From Bugula neritina (taxonomy: Eukaryota > Animalia > Bryozoa): a stretch of DNA of 64,000 nucleotides. Below the pieces are notes generated by a model that worked only from the letters and a program-made list of their open reading frames with translations, was not told the DNA's origin and ran no database searches. The stretch lies in NCBI GenBank assembly GCA_964035545.1, contig OZ037772.1:5026233-5090232 (forward strand). Direction: 5' to 3'. Both the position numbers and the translations under genes were made by a program. This document shows positions 1 to 12,400 of this stretch, piece by piece; position 1 is the stretch's first letter, and each line of letters starts with the position of its first letter.

Positions 1-352
1 TGATAAACTTTACAAATTTAGAAACAACTATAAATCTGCATTTTGAAGTATAAAACAAAAATGGATTATTTTCAAAAACTACCAAAAATGATAGAAAATA
101 TTGTCGCATATACTAATAAAATATAAATTATATAACTGGTATTCAGCTTAAAGTCTTGAAAAGAAGAACTTATGCAGTATATTTCACACACATATGTGAG
201 ATTTATATCTAATAATGTCTTTTATTCCAACTTCATTTTTCATTAAATAAAATTTATATATCAATAAAAAACTTTACGCTAGAATTACATTGCTGTAGCT
301 TAAGATGGTTGTATTACTATATGATGTCTCAACTGGTATATGTTTACTATAG

Positions 353-493
353 CATGTCTAATCTGAAGAATCTGGAGACTCTTGATATGTCACATAATAA
401 CTTCAGTGAAGGATTACCTGATGTATTCACATCAATGACATCTCTAAGAGAGTTGAATATTAGTTCCTGTGAACTACCAAATCTACCTGGGAG
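353..493 (+). CDS. LRR exon 1 (two LRRs, 47 aa, phase 2/2)
   Basis: tactatAG|C...GAG|GTtagt; MSNLKNLETLDMSHNNFSEGLPDVFTSMTSLRELNISSCELPNLPG. Confidence 0.9.
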
Positions 494-3400
494 GTTAGTA
501 AGAATGTATTAAATAAAATGTTCATTAGTGTGAAGGATATAATTCTTCAATAGAAGTACTTTTTTTTTTATTAAAATTATCTACAGGTTTTAAAGTTCTA
601 TAGTTTTACAAATTTTCTGCGTTTCAAAAGTGCAATATATTAGGTATTATAGAATCACAAGTACCAACTGTGTTACATACTTCCCATTGAAAGTCAACCA
701 CCGGCTTGCCAGCTGACGCACTAACTATTACACTACAAGGGTAATCCTAAAACTCCATGCAACCAGTTATTCTAAACTCTGCTGGTTCCCTTACTACTCA
801 TTCAGTTTAGGCTTCCCGGGCCTCTCAACTCTCTTGGCGTACTACCAAAATGCTATACTAAATGTGAAAGAGTTTGCTAACAATTACACATGGGTCGTTA
901 GGTAATCTCAACACCACACCAAGCTGTTCACATGTGCATTCAGCTCCCTGCTACCATAAAGCTATTCACGTGCACTAACCGTCATGATGTAAGAACTTCA
1001 ATTACAGAAGGTTCTAATTTTACATGCCCCTCCTTTCAAATGGAAGGATATCACAATTACTAGACATCAAATTTTTATAAGCGCATTACAGAGATTACTT
1101 GATTAGCATGTGAATAAAATCTTAGTTGTATATATTATATGCTTCACTTGGTCTAATACATGAGCTGCCTACTTGTATGACACAGCAGATGTGCACACCC
1201 AAAATCTACTACAATATTACTAAATGATGTTTCAATTACTATATTATGTTTACTATAGCATGTCTAATCTGGAGAATCTGGAGACTCTTGATATGTCAGG
1301 GAATAAGTTCAGTGAAGGATTACCTAATGTATTCACATCAATGACATCTCTAAGAACGTTGAATATGCAGATCTGTGAACTACCAACTCTACCTGAGAGG
1401 TTAGTGAAAGCAACTCAATATGAAATACAAATAATATGTTTTTATCTGTAGTACACGATACCCATTTCTTTATACTTAAATTTTTTGCTGTCAGGTAATT
1501 TCTGAAAATTTTTCAAACCAGTGAAATTATTCTTGCCATATTGTATATAATATGCAAATAAATACAAGCCAATAAAAATATTCTATGTAGTATTATGACA
1601 TATGGTTCTAGAATATATGAAAGATGTTACAATATTTTAATCTCCTATATTCCTTAATGCTTCAATTAAGTAAAAGGTAATGAGTTAAGTTCAGTATATA
1701 ATTTTTTTTCAGAAGATATACAGCTTAAGCTCTATTTTATAATATACCTGCAGACTAAAACTAGCCATTGATCTGACAACATAACGTATAATTGATATCT
1801 AAATTATACAGTCTTTTATTAGATACAATAAAAATTGTTAATTTGACAATCTTCAAATTTTAAAATATAACAAAAACAATTTATTTTAGCAAATCTTATG
1901 TAATTATCGAAAAGAAATTATTATTTATATGTGAATAAAATTTTAGTTGTACATCTGATGCTTCACTCAGTTTTGAAAAAAAGCTCATGCTGCAGTACAT
2001 GTTTCACATTTATATGTAATATCTACTGTTTATCTACTAATGTATTTTATTCTAACTTCATTTTCAATCGAATGAAATCTGTATGGCAATCGGCAATTTT
2101 ATGCTAGAATTACATTGTTTTAGCTTAAGATGGTTGTATTACTATATGATGCTTCAACTGGTATATTATGTTTACTATAGCATGTCTAACCTGAAGAATC
2201 TGGAGACTCTTGATATGTCACAGAATAAGTTCAGTGAAGGATTACCTGATGTATTCACATCAATGACATCTCTAACTACATTGTATATGCAGATCTGTGA
2301 ACTACCAACTTTACCTGAGAGGTTAGTGAGAATGCATTAAATGAAATGTTCATTAGTGTGAAGGATATAGTTCTTCAATAGAAGTACTTTTTTTTAATAA
2401 AATAATCTACAGGTTTTAAAGTTCTATAGTTTTACAAATTTTCTGCGTTTCAAAAGTGCAATATATTAGGTATTATAGAATCACAAGTACCAACTGTGTT
2501 ACATACTTCCCATTGAAAGTCAACCACCGGCTTGCCAGCTGACGCACTAACTATTACACTACAAGGGTAATCCTAAAACTCCATGCAACCAGTTATTCTA
2601 AACTCTGCTGGTTCCCTTACTACTCATTCAGTTTAGGCTTCCCGGGCCTCTCAACTCTCTTGGCGTACTACCAAAATGCTATACTAAATGTGAAAGAGTT
2701 TGCTAACAATTACACATGGGTCGTTAGGTAATCTCAACACCACACCAAGCTGTTCACATGTGCATTCAGCTCCCTGCTACCATAAAGCTATTCACGTGCA
2801 CTAACCGTCATGATGTAAGAACTTCAATTACAGAAGGTTCTAATTTTACATGCCCCTCCTTTCAAATGGAAGGATATCACAATTACTAGACATCAAATTT
2901 TTATAAGCGCATTACAGAGATTACTTGATTAGCATGTGAATAAAATCTTAGTTGTATATATTATATGCTTCACTTGGTCTAATACATGAGCTGCCTACTT
3001 GTATGACACAGCAGATGTGCACACCCAAAATCTACTACAATATTACTAAATGATGTTTCAATTACTATATTATGTTTACTATAGCATGTCTAATCTGGAG
3101 AATCTGGAGACTCTTGATATGTCAGGGAATAAGTTCAGTGAAGGATTACCTAATGTATTCACATCAATGACATCTCTAAGAACGTTGAATATGCAGATCT
3201 GTGAACTACCAACTCTACCTGAGAGGTTAGTGAAAGCAACTCAATATGAAATACAAATAATATGTTTTTATCTGTAGTACACGATACCCATTTTTTTATA
3301 CTTAAATTTTTTGCTGTCAGGTAATTTCTGAAAATTCTTCAAATCTGTAAAAGTATTCTTGCTATATTGTAAATAATATGCAAATAAATGCAAGCCAATG

Positions 3401-6400
3401 AAAAAGATTCTATGTAGTATTATGACATATGGTTCTAGAATATATAAAAATGTCACAATACTTTAATTTCCTATATTCCTCATCGCTTGAAATAAGTAAA
3501 AGTTGATGAGTTAGGTTTAGTATATAATTTTTTTCTTGAAAAGATATACAGCTTAAGCTCTATTATATAATATACCTGCAGACTAAAACTAGCCATTGAT
3601 CTGACAACATAATGTATAATTGATATCTAAATTATACAGCCTTCTATTAGATACAATAAAAATTGTTAATTTGACATTCTTTAAATTTTAAAGTATAACA
3701 AAAACAAATTATTCTAGCAAATCACCTGTAATTGTTGAAAAAAATTTCTTTTATATGTGAATAAAATTTTAGTTGTACATCTGATGCTTTACACAGTTTT
3801 GAAAAAAGGCTCATGCTGCAGTACATGTTTCACATGCATATGTAATACCTACTGCTTATCTACTAATATATTTTATTCCGACTTCATTTTCCATCGAATA
3901 AATGTATGCATGTCAATTGGCAATTTTATGCTAGAATTACATTGCTTTAGCTTAAGATGGTTTTATTACTATATGATGTCTCAACTGGTGTATGTTTACT
4001 ATAGCATGTCTAATCTAAAGAATCTAGAGACTCTTGATATGTCAGGGAATAAGTTCAGTGAAGGATTACCTAATGTATTCACATCAATGACATCTCTAAA
4101 GAACGTTGAATATGCAGATCTGTGAAATACCAACTCTACCTGAGAGGTTAGTGAAAGCAACTCAATATGAAATGCAAATCAACTATGTTATCTGTAGTAC
4201 ACGACATCCAGGATTTGCTTGCATTTCTTTATACTTAAATGTTTTGCTGCCAAATAATTTCTGAAAATTTTTCAAACCAGTGAAATTATTCTTGCCATAT
4301 TGTATATAATATGCAAATAAATACAAGCCAATAAAAAGATTCTATGTAGTATTATGACACATGGTTCTAGAATATATAAAAGATGTTACAATATTTTAAT
4401 CTCCTATATTCCTTAACCCTTTGGCGATCAACTTTGAAGTTACGTAATTTCAAGCCTCGTTTGAGTTTATCGCGAAATTTGCTAACAAATTTTGCATAAC
4501 TTTCAATTTCAATATTAAAAAGTTACACTTGATTTTGGCCTTAATTAAACTGGGTAATATAATTTTAAGAGTCTTTTCTTTTATAAAAAGCTTCTTAAAG
4601 TGACGGGAGACCTCAATTCTAGCTAAAATCAGTCATTTTAATTTGCCTCTCAAAACCGCTATTTTAAAATTGAAAAATCAAAATGATAAAATTAGTTTAT
4701 AATATGATTCAAAATATAGTGAATTTAACATTTCTGTTTATTTAGATAATCTTCTAAATGTAATCTGAATAAAATAAACTGGCTCTCTATAATTTGACAG
4801 CAGTTTCATGCATTTGAAAGTAGCGTTAAAATTTACCGATAATTTTGAAATTTAAGGATTAAATTGAAAAGCAACTAGCTGGCTTGGTAGCTATTAATTT
4901 AATCAAATTTAATGGCTCTAATTTTTCCAAAATTACTAAGCTGCCCTATCAACCTCAATTACAAAAAGTTTTAGGCTTTTCGGTTGAAAACTGGAAGTTT
5001 AAAGTAAGCGCTATTGTTTGTTTACCTAAAAGACCATATATGGTCCATTGATCTGTGGATAGTGTCGCTTTCAGGGACATATATGGTCCATTGATCGCGT
5101 AAGGGTTAACGCTTGAATTAAGTAAAAGGTAATGAGTTAAGTTCAGTATATATTTTTTTTTCAGAAGATATACAGCTTAAGCTCTATTATATAATATACC
5201 TGCAGACTAAAACTAGCCATTGATCTGACAACATAACGTATAATTGATATCTAAATTATACAGTCTTTTATTAGATACAATAAAAATTGTTAATTTGACA
5301 ATCTTCAAATTTTAAAATATAACAAAAACAATTTATTTTAGCAAATCTTATGTAATTATCGAAAAGAAATTATTTTATATGTGAATAAAATTTTAGTTGT
5401 ACATCTGATGCTTCACTCAGTTTTGAAAAAAAGCTCATGCTGCAGTACATGTTTCACATTTATATGTAATATCTACTGTTTATCTACTAATGTATTTTAT
5501 TCTAACTTCATTTTCAATCGAATGAAATCTGTATGGCAATCGGCAATTTTATGCTAGAATTACATTGCTTTAGCTTCAGATGGTTGTGTTACTATATGAT
5601 GCTTCAACTGGTATATTTTTACTATAGCATGTCTAATCTGAAGAATTTGGAGAGTCTTCTTATGCCATGGAATAAGTTCAGTGAAGGATTACCTGATGTA
5701 TTCACATCAATGACATCTCTAAGATTGTTGTATATGCCGATCTGTGAACTACCAAGTCTACCTGAGAGGTTAGTGAGAATGCATTAAATGAAATGTTCAT
5801 TAGTGTGAAGGATATAGTTCTTCAATAGAAGTACTTTTTTTTAATAAAATAATCTACAGTTTCTAAAGTTCTACAGTTTTACAAACCTTCTGCATTTCTT
5901 AAGTGCAATATATTAGGTTCACGGTAGAATCACAAGTACCAACTGTGTTACAAACTTCCCATTAAAAGTCAACCACCAGCTTGCCAACTGACCCACTAAC
6001 CATTACACTACAAGTGTAATCCTAACACTCCATGCAACCAGTTATTCTAAACTCTGCTGGTCCCCTTACTACTCATTAAGTTTAGGTTTCCCGGGCCTCT
6101 CAACTCTTTTGGCGTACTACCAAAATGCTATACTGAATGTGAAAGAGCTTGCTAACAATTACACATGTGTCACTAGGTAATGTCAACACTACACTAAGCT
6201 GCTCACATGTGCATTCAGCTTCCTGCTACCATAAAGCTATTCACCTGCACTAACCGTCATGATGTAAGAACTTCAATTACAGGAGGTTCTAATTCTACAT
6301 GCCCCTCCTTTCAAATAGAAGGAAATCACAATTACTAGACATCAAATCTTTATAAGCGCATTACAGAGATTACTTGATTAGCATGTGAATAAAATCTTAG

Positions 6401-9400
6401 TTGTGTATTTTATGCTTCACTTGGTCTAATATATGAGGTGCACACTTGTATGACACAGTAGATGTGCACAGCCATAATCTACTACCATATTACTAAATGA
6501 TGTTTCAATCACTATATTATGTTTACTATAGCATGTCTAATCTGGAGAATCTGGAGACTCTTGATATGTCACAGAATAACTTCAGTAAAGGATTACCTGA
6601 GGTATTCACATCAATGACATCTTTAGGAGAGTTGCATGTGAAGAATTGTAAATTAGAAACTCTACCTGAGAGGTTAGTGAAAGCAACTCAATATGAAATA
6701 CAAATAAACTATTTTATCTGTAGTACACGACATCCAGGATTTGCCCGCATTTCTTTATACTTAAATTTTTTGCTGCCAAATAATTTCTGAAAATTCTTCA
6801 AATCTGTAAAAGTATTCTTGCTATATTGTAAATAATATGCAAATAAATGCAAGCCAATGAAAAAGATTCTATGTAGTATTATGACATATGGTTCTAGAAT
6901 ATATAAAAATGTCACAATACTTTAATTTCCTATATTCCTCATCGCTTGAAATAAGTAAAAGTTGATGAGTTAGGTTCAGTATATAGTTTTTTTCTTGAAA
7001 AGATATACAGCCTAAGTTCTATTATATAACATACCTGCAGACTAAAACTAGCCATTGATCTGACAACATAACGTATAATTGATATCTAAATTATACAGCC
7101 TTCTATTAGATACAATAAAAATTGTTAATTTGACATTCTTTAAATTTTAAAGTATAACAAAAACAAATTATTCTAGCAAATCACCTGTAATTGTTGAAAA
7201 CAATTTCTTTTATATGTGAATAAAATTTTAGTTGTACATCTTATGCTTTACACAGTTTTGAAAAAAGGCTCATGCTGCAGTACATGTTTCACATGCATAT
7301 GTAATACCTACTGCTTATCTACTAATATATTTTATTCCGACTTCATTTTCCATCGAATAAATGTATGCATGTCAATTGGCAATTTTATGCTAGAATTACA
7401 TTGCTTTAGCTTAAGATGGTTTTATTACTATATGATGTCTCAACTGGTGTATGTTTACTATAGCATGTCTAATCTAAAGAATCTAGAGACTCTTGATATG
7501 TCAGGGAATAAGTTGAGTGAAGGATTACCTAATGTATTCACATCAATGACATCTCTAAGAACGTTGAATATGCAGATCTGTGAACTACCAACTCTACCTG
7601 AGAGGTTAGTGAGAATGCATTAAATAAGAAGTTCATTAGTGTGAAGGATATAGTTCTTCAATAGAAGTACTTTTTTTATTAACATTTTCTACAGTTTTAA
7701 AGTTCTACAGTTTTTAAAGTTCTTCAGTTTTACAAACCTTCTGCATTTCTTAAGCGTAATATATTAGGTTCACAGTAGAATCACAAGTACCAACTGTGTT
7801 ACATACTTCCCATTGAAAGTCAACCACCGGCTTGACAGCTGACGTTCTAGCCATTACACTACAAGTGTAATCCTAACACTCCATTCAACCAGTTATTCTA
7901 AACCCTGCTGGTTCCCTTACTACTCATTCAGTTTAGGCTTCCCCGGCCTCTCAACTCTCTTGGCGTACTACCAAAATGCTATACTGAATGTGAAAGAGCT
8001 CGCTAACAATTACACATGTGTCACTAGGTAATCTCAGCACTACACCAAGCTGTTCACATGTGCATTCAGTTCCCTGCTACCATAAAGATATTCACGTGCG
8101 CTAACCGTCATGATCTCATAACTTCAATTACAGGAAGTTGTAATTTTACATTTTATCTGCAGACATATTGGCAAATTAATAAACATCAAATGAATATGAA
8201 GTCAGTATAAGCAGCTTTTTATGAAATAAATTACAAAAAAATTATTATGATCAATAATATTATCATTATTATCATAGTAGGTCAGTTCAGGTAGAATGCC
8301 TGCTACCAGACAATTATGAAAACCGGTACAACCTAATTCATGTGGCTAGTGGTCAGCGACTAAACTAACAAGTGAGTGTGACTGGACATCTTTAGGTCTG
8401 TGGTGGGGGGGGCAAGCCAGTCGGTGTGAGGTGACACACACTCCCAGAAGTGCAGGGATTAACATACCTCTCTCTTAGTCAGTCCCTGCCACGTAAGTGC
8501 TATAGGTCATGCAAAAGCCAGTAGTACCTTCACTTCTTTGCAAGCCGTTTTCATGAAATGGTACGTCAATAGCACATTCATGCCGGCTCGAACATCGCTC
8601 AGAATAAGAAGATCTGCACTGATCTGTTCTTACTCTGGCAGTCAGCGTACAGTGTGCTTGGAGACAGAAGGAAAAGGGAAGAGATTTTCCCTTATATGTA
8701 ACAGAATAAAATGCACAAACACTAATTGATCTATCACAAGCACAGAATCCAGAAAGACAGACAGCTCTTGTAGCCATGGAGATGGACAAATATGGCATCA
8801 TTGCCAGGCTATGATAGTTTAATAGATCATAGGTATTTCTTCTACTAGAGTGGAAAGTCAGCTGATGAAAGTTGAGAAGCAGGAGTAGGACTTGCCGTCA
8901 AAAAAGAAGATTGCTGCCACTTTGAAGGGCAAACCAACTCCTGTGAATGATTGAATCATGATGATGAAACTTCCTTTTCAAAAGAGATTTCACGCGATTA
9001 CTATGACGAATACTGAAGAAGTAAACAAACAGTTCTACATTTATCTGAGAGACACAATCCATTGTGTTCTAGCTAATGATATATTAACACTGAGTGGTAA
9101 TTTTGTTGCAAGGATAGGCTCAGTTTTTGAGAAATAGAAAGGAGTACTTGGTAGTCATAGTGTAGGTAAGTGCAATAGAAATGGAGAGTTGCTTTTAGCT
9201 CTCTGTTTAGAGTACAGTCTTGTGTTAGCCTAGGGCCACACGGTGCGTATTTTTGCATGCGAAAATTGAAATCACAAGTAGCAAAGGTGTCCACTGTATG
9301 CGTTGAGAAAACATTCGCACTTGTCGCTCTGCATTTTCAACGCAAGTGCGAATCGTCTCTGTCGTCGTCACCTAATTGGCTGGTAGTTATTCAGCGAGCC

Positions 9401-12400
9401 CAATTTCTTTATTTAGTGCTATATTCCAGCAAATTGCGTTTTATTGAAAGCGAGTGCGATTTAAAAATGAAAGCTTTATTTATCACGCATCACTGACGCT
9501 ACAGTGGACACCTTTGCTACTTGTGATTTTAATTTTCGCATGCGAAAATACGCACCGTGTGGCCCTAGGCTTAACTAATACCATCTTCAAACACAAGGAA
9601 TCACACAGGAGTACATGAATGCTTCCACAAGTTAACAAATGGAACTTACTGGATTACATCATTCTCAGGCGAAGGAATTTGAGTGAGGTTTTAGTTACTC
9701 GAGCTGTAAGAGGAGCAGATTGTGGCACAGATCATGTAATGCTAAAATCAAAAATATAAGGATTAAAAGATAAAACATTGCAAGAAAGCCACCAATTAAA
9801 CTAAGCACTGTTATGCTGAAAGATCCAGAAAAAACAGAACAACTTAAAAAGAAATTGAATAAGAATATAAAGTGTTGAGATGAAAATAATAATGAGATAG
9901 ACAAATGTGGAAAATTTTGAGGAAAACGGTGTTTTCAACTGCTAGTGAAGTGGTTGGGAAGCAAGGCCGTAAACATCCGGATTGGTTTAATGAGCATGAT
10001 GAGCTACTACGGCAGTTGATTGAGAAGAGAAACAAGGCAAGACAAGCTTTCTTCCAGTGTAATACCAGAGTGAAAAGAAAGAGCTGCTTAAAAGTGCAAA
10101 GCAGTCTTCAGAGGTATACCAGAGAAATGAAAAATAACTGGTGGGAAAAAAAAGCAATAGAACTCCAAATGTCAGCAGACAGAAAAGACATGAAAGCATT
10201 ATATTTAGGCTTAAAAGAAGTTTATGATCCGAAATCAAGAGTAACGATTCACCTACGAGACCATAATGGAAACACAGTTTTACACGAGAAGGAAAAAATA
10301 TTAGAAATAATATCTGATCACTTCAATCCTTTGCTCAACATACCAGGCGAGCTGGATAAAGCAGCAAAAAACATAATGCAAAGGTCACGTGTTGCACTTT
10401 TGGATGGTCCGCCCAATATGGATGAGCGTGTGTCGGCAATTAGTTCATTGCGGGATGGAGAAGTTGTTGGCAGAAATGGTATTCCATTTGTGGTATGAAA
10501 GCATGCTGGTCAAAAAATGGCAGGGTGTCTTTACAATACAGAATGTATGGGACACCTAGACGGTACCACCAGACTGGACAGAAGCAAGCATTTTTCAATT
10601 TTTAAGAAAGGCAATATGAAAGTAAACGGGAATTATCGGCACATATCTTGTATCTATTGTAGGCAAGATTTTCTCTTGCATACTATCGACTAATTGCACA
10701 TACTATCCAAGAGGTGCTAGTGGAGTCTCAGTGTAAATTCAGGAGTGCGGAAAGAAGTCCAAGTGTAAAAGAGGTGCACAGAACAAAATATGCTACTTTT
10801 CGCAGTATTTTTTGACCTCAGTAAGGCATTTGATATTGTATATATTGCAAGCCTTCGGCAGGTCCTTAAAAGGTTTGGCTTCCCAGACAAGTTTATTTGC
10901 AATAATGAAGCACCTCATACAGGCATGCAAGTATATGTACCAATGAGTAGTTCTACTGCAAATGGAAAGCTTGGAAAAGGTATATATGTGAACACTAGAA
11001 AAGAAGCAGACCTGTTTGATGTAACTCATTTCAACTTTAAAACCAAAACCTTTACCGAGTTAGAGACTTGTTAAGGAAATGACAGGTTGTTTTTTTAAGC
11101 TTTTCCGGAGTGTGTGGGATACCACGACTGTTCCACAACACTTGAGCAATGCAAGCATTATCCCATTATTTAAGAAAGGCAATACACCAGGGGTGGGAAT
11201 TACTGGGGCATATCCCCTCTATCTATTGTAGGCAAGACTCTTTCCCATTGCTATTAAATCGGCTAAATGCCCATATTTTCTCAAAGGTGGTACTAGAGTC
11301 TTAGTGTTTTTTCAAGAGTGGAAGAAGTACAATTGATATGGTTTTCTGCTTGAAGGAAGTGCAAGAGAAGTGCATAGAACAAAATATGCCACTTTGCATA
11401 GTATGTTTTGATTTCAGCAAGGCATTTGACACTGTTTCTAGAACAGGCTTTTGGCAAGTCATTAAAAGGTTTGGCTGCACAGAAAAGTTTACCGGCAATA
11501 CTGAAGCTTTTTATACAGGCATGCAAGCAAATGTGGCAGTGAACGGTTCCATCTCAAATGAATTTGCAGTAACAAATGCTTGAGGTTGTCTTTAAAGAAT
11601 TAGAAAAGAGTCGGATCTGTTTGATGTTAGTCATATCAAGTCAAAATTTAAGACCACTACTGAGTTAGTGAAAGACTTGCTATTTGCTGGTGATATAAGT
11701 ACTTCAGTTTTTTTTTGTTCTCATGCTATACAGACTCCGGTCAACAGATTTGCCAATGCTGCAAAATATTGTAATCTTCAAAATTAACATCGACAAGACA
11801 GAAAGCCTCTACCAGCTTGCAAAATTTGAAAATGAAGCATATCAGCCAAACCCTATAGCCATCAATGGATAACTTTTAAAAAAGTGTCAAACCTTCAAGT
11901 ACTTTGGAAGCACAATAGCAGTGAGCACTAAACAAGATAATAAATTTATCTGAGAATTGGAAGCACTAGTGCAGTGTATGAAAAGTTGAGAACCAGACTT
12001 TGCACTGATTGTTAATTTTTAATCAAAGTCAAGTATCAGATGTACCATACTATAGTACTCGCTGCCTTACTGTATGGTGATGAGACTTGGAACATACACA
12101 GTGTGCAAGTAGACAGACTGCAAGCATATGTCATGCAATAAATATGCTCAATCATGGGTGTATTTTAGAGAGACAAGATTACTAACCAAAAAGTACAAAA
12201 GAGAGCTAGCTTAGCATCTTCAAAATCTGTCCTTATTCAAATAAACTTGAAATAGCTAGGGCATCTCGAAAAGATAGGTCATAGCCACTTACCTAAACAA
12301 CTTTTTTATCCGCAGCTAAAAAAAAGTAAACAAAGCCAAGGGAAGCCAATATTGAGATTTAAAGACACTGTAAAGCGAAATATAAAAAAGTTGGACATGT

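Larger units (their letters stand above)
353..8150 (+). repeat. Tandem exon-intron array, ~0.9 kb units, two intron types (order A,B,A,B,B,A,B,A)
   Basis: Type A introns begin gttagt(a/g)agaatg, type B begin gttagtgaaagcaac; copies align over their length. Confidence 0.95.

Noticed and set aside
309-7623. Short LRR ORFs as independent small genes
   Set aside because: Conserved AG/GT sites bound the LRR part; the flanking residues are intron sequence
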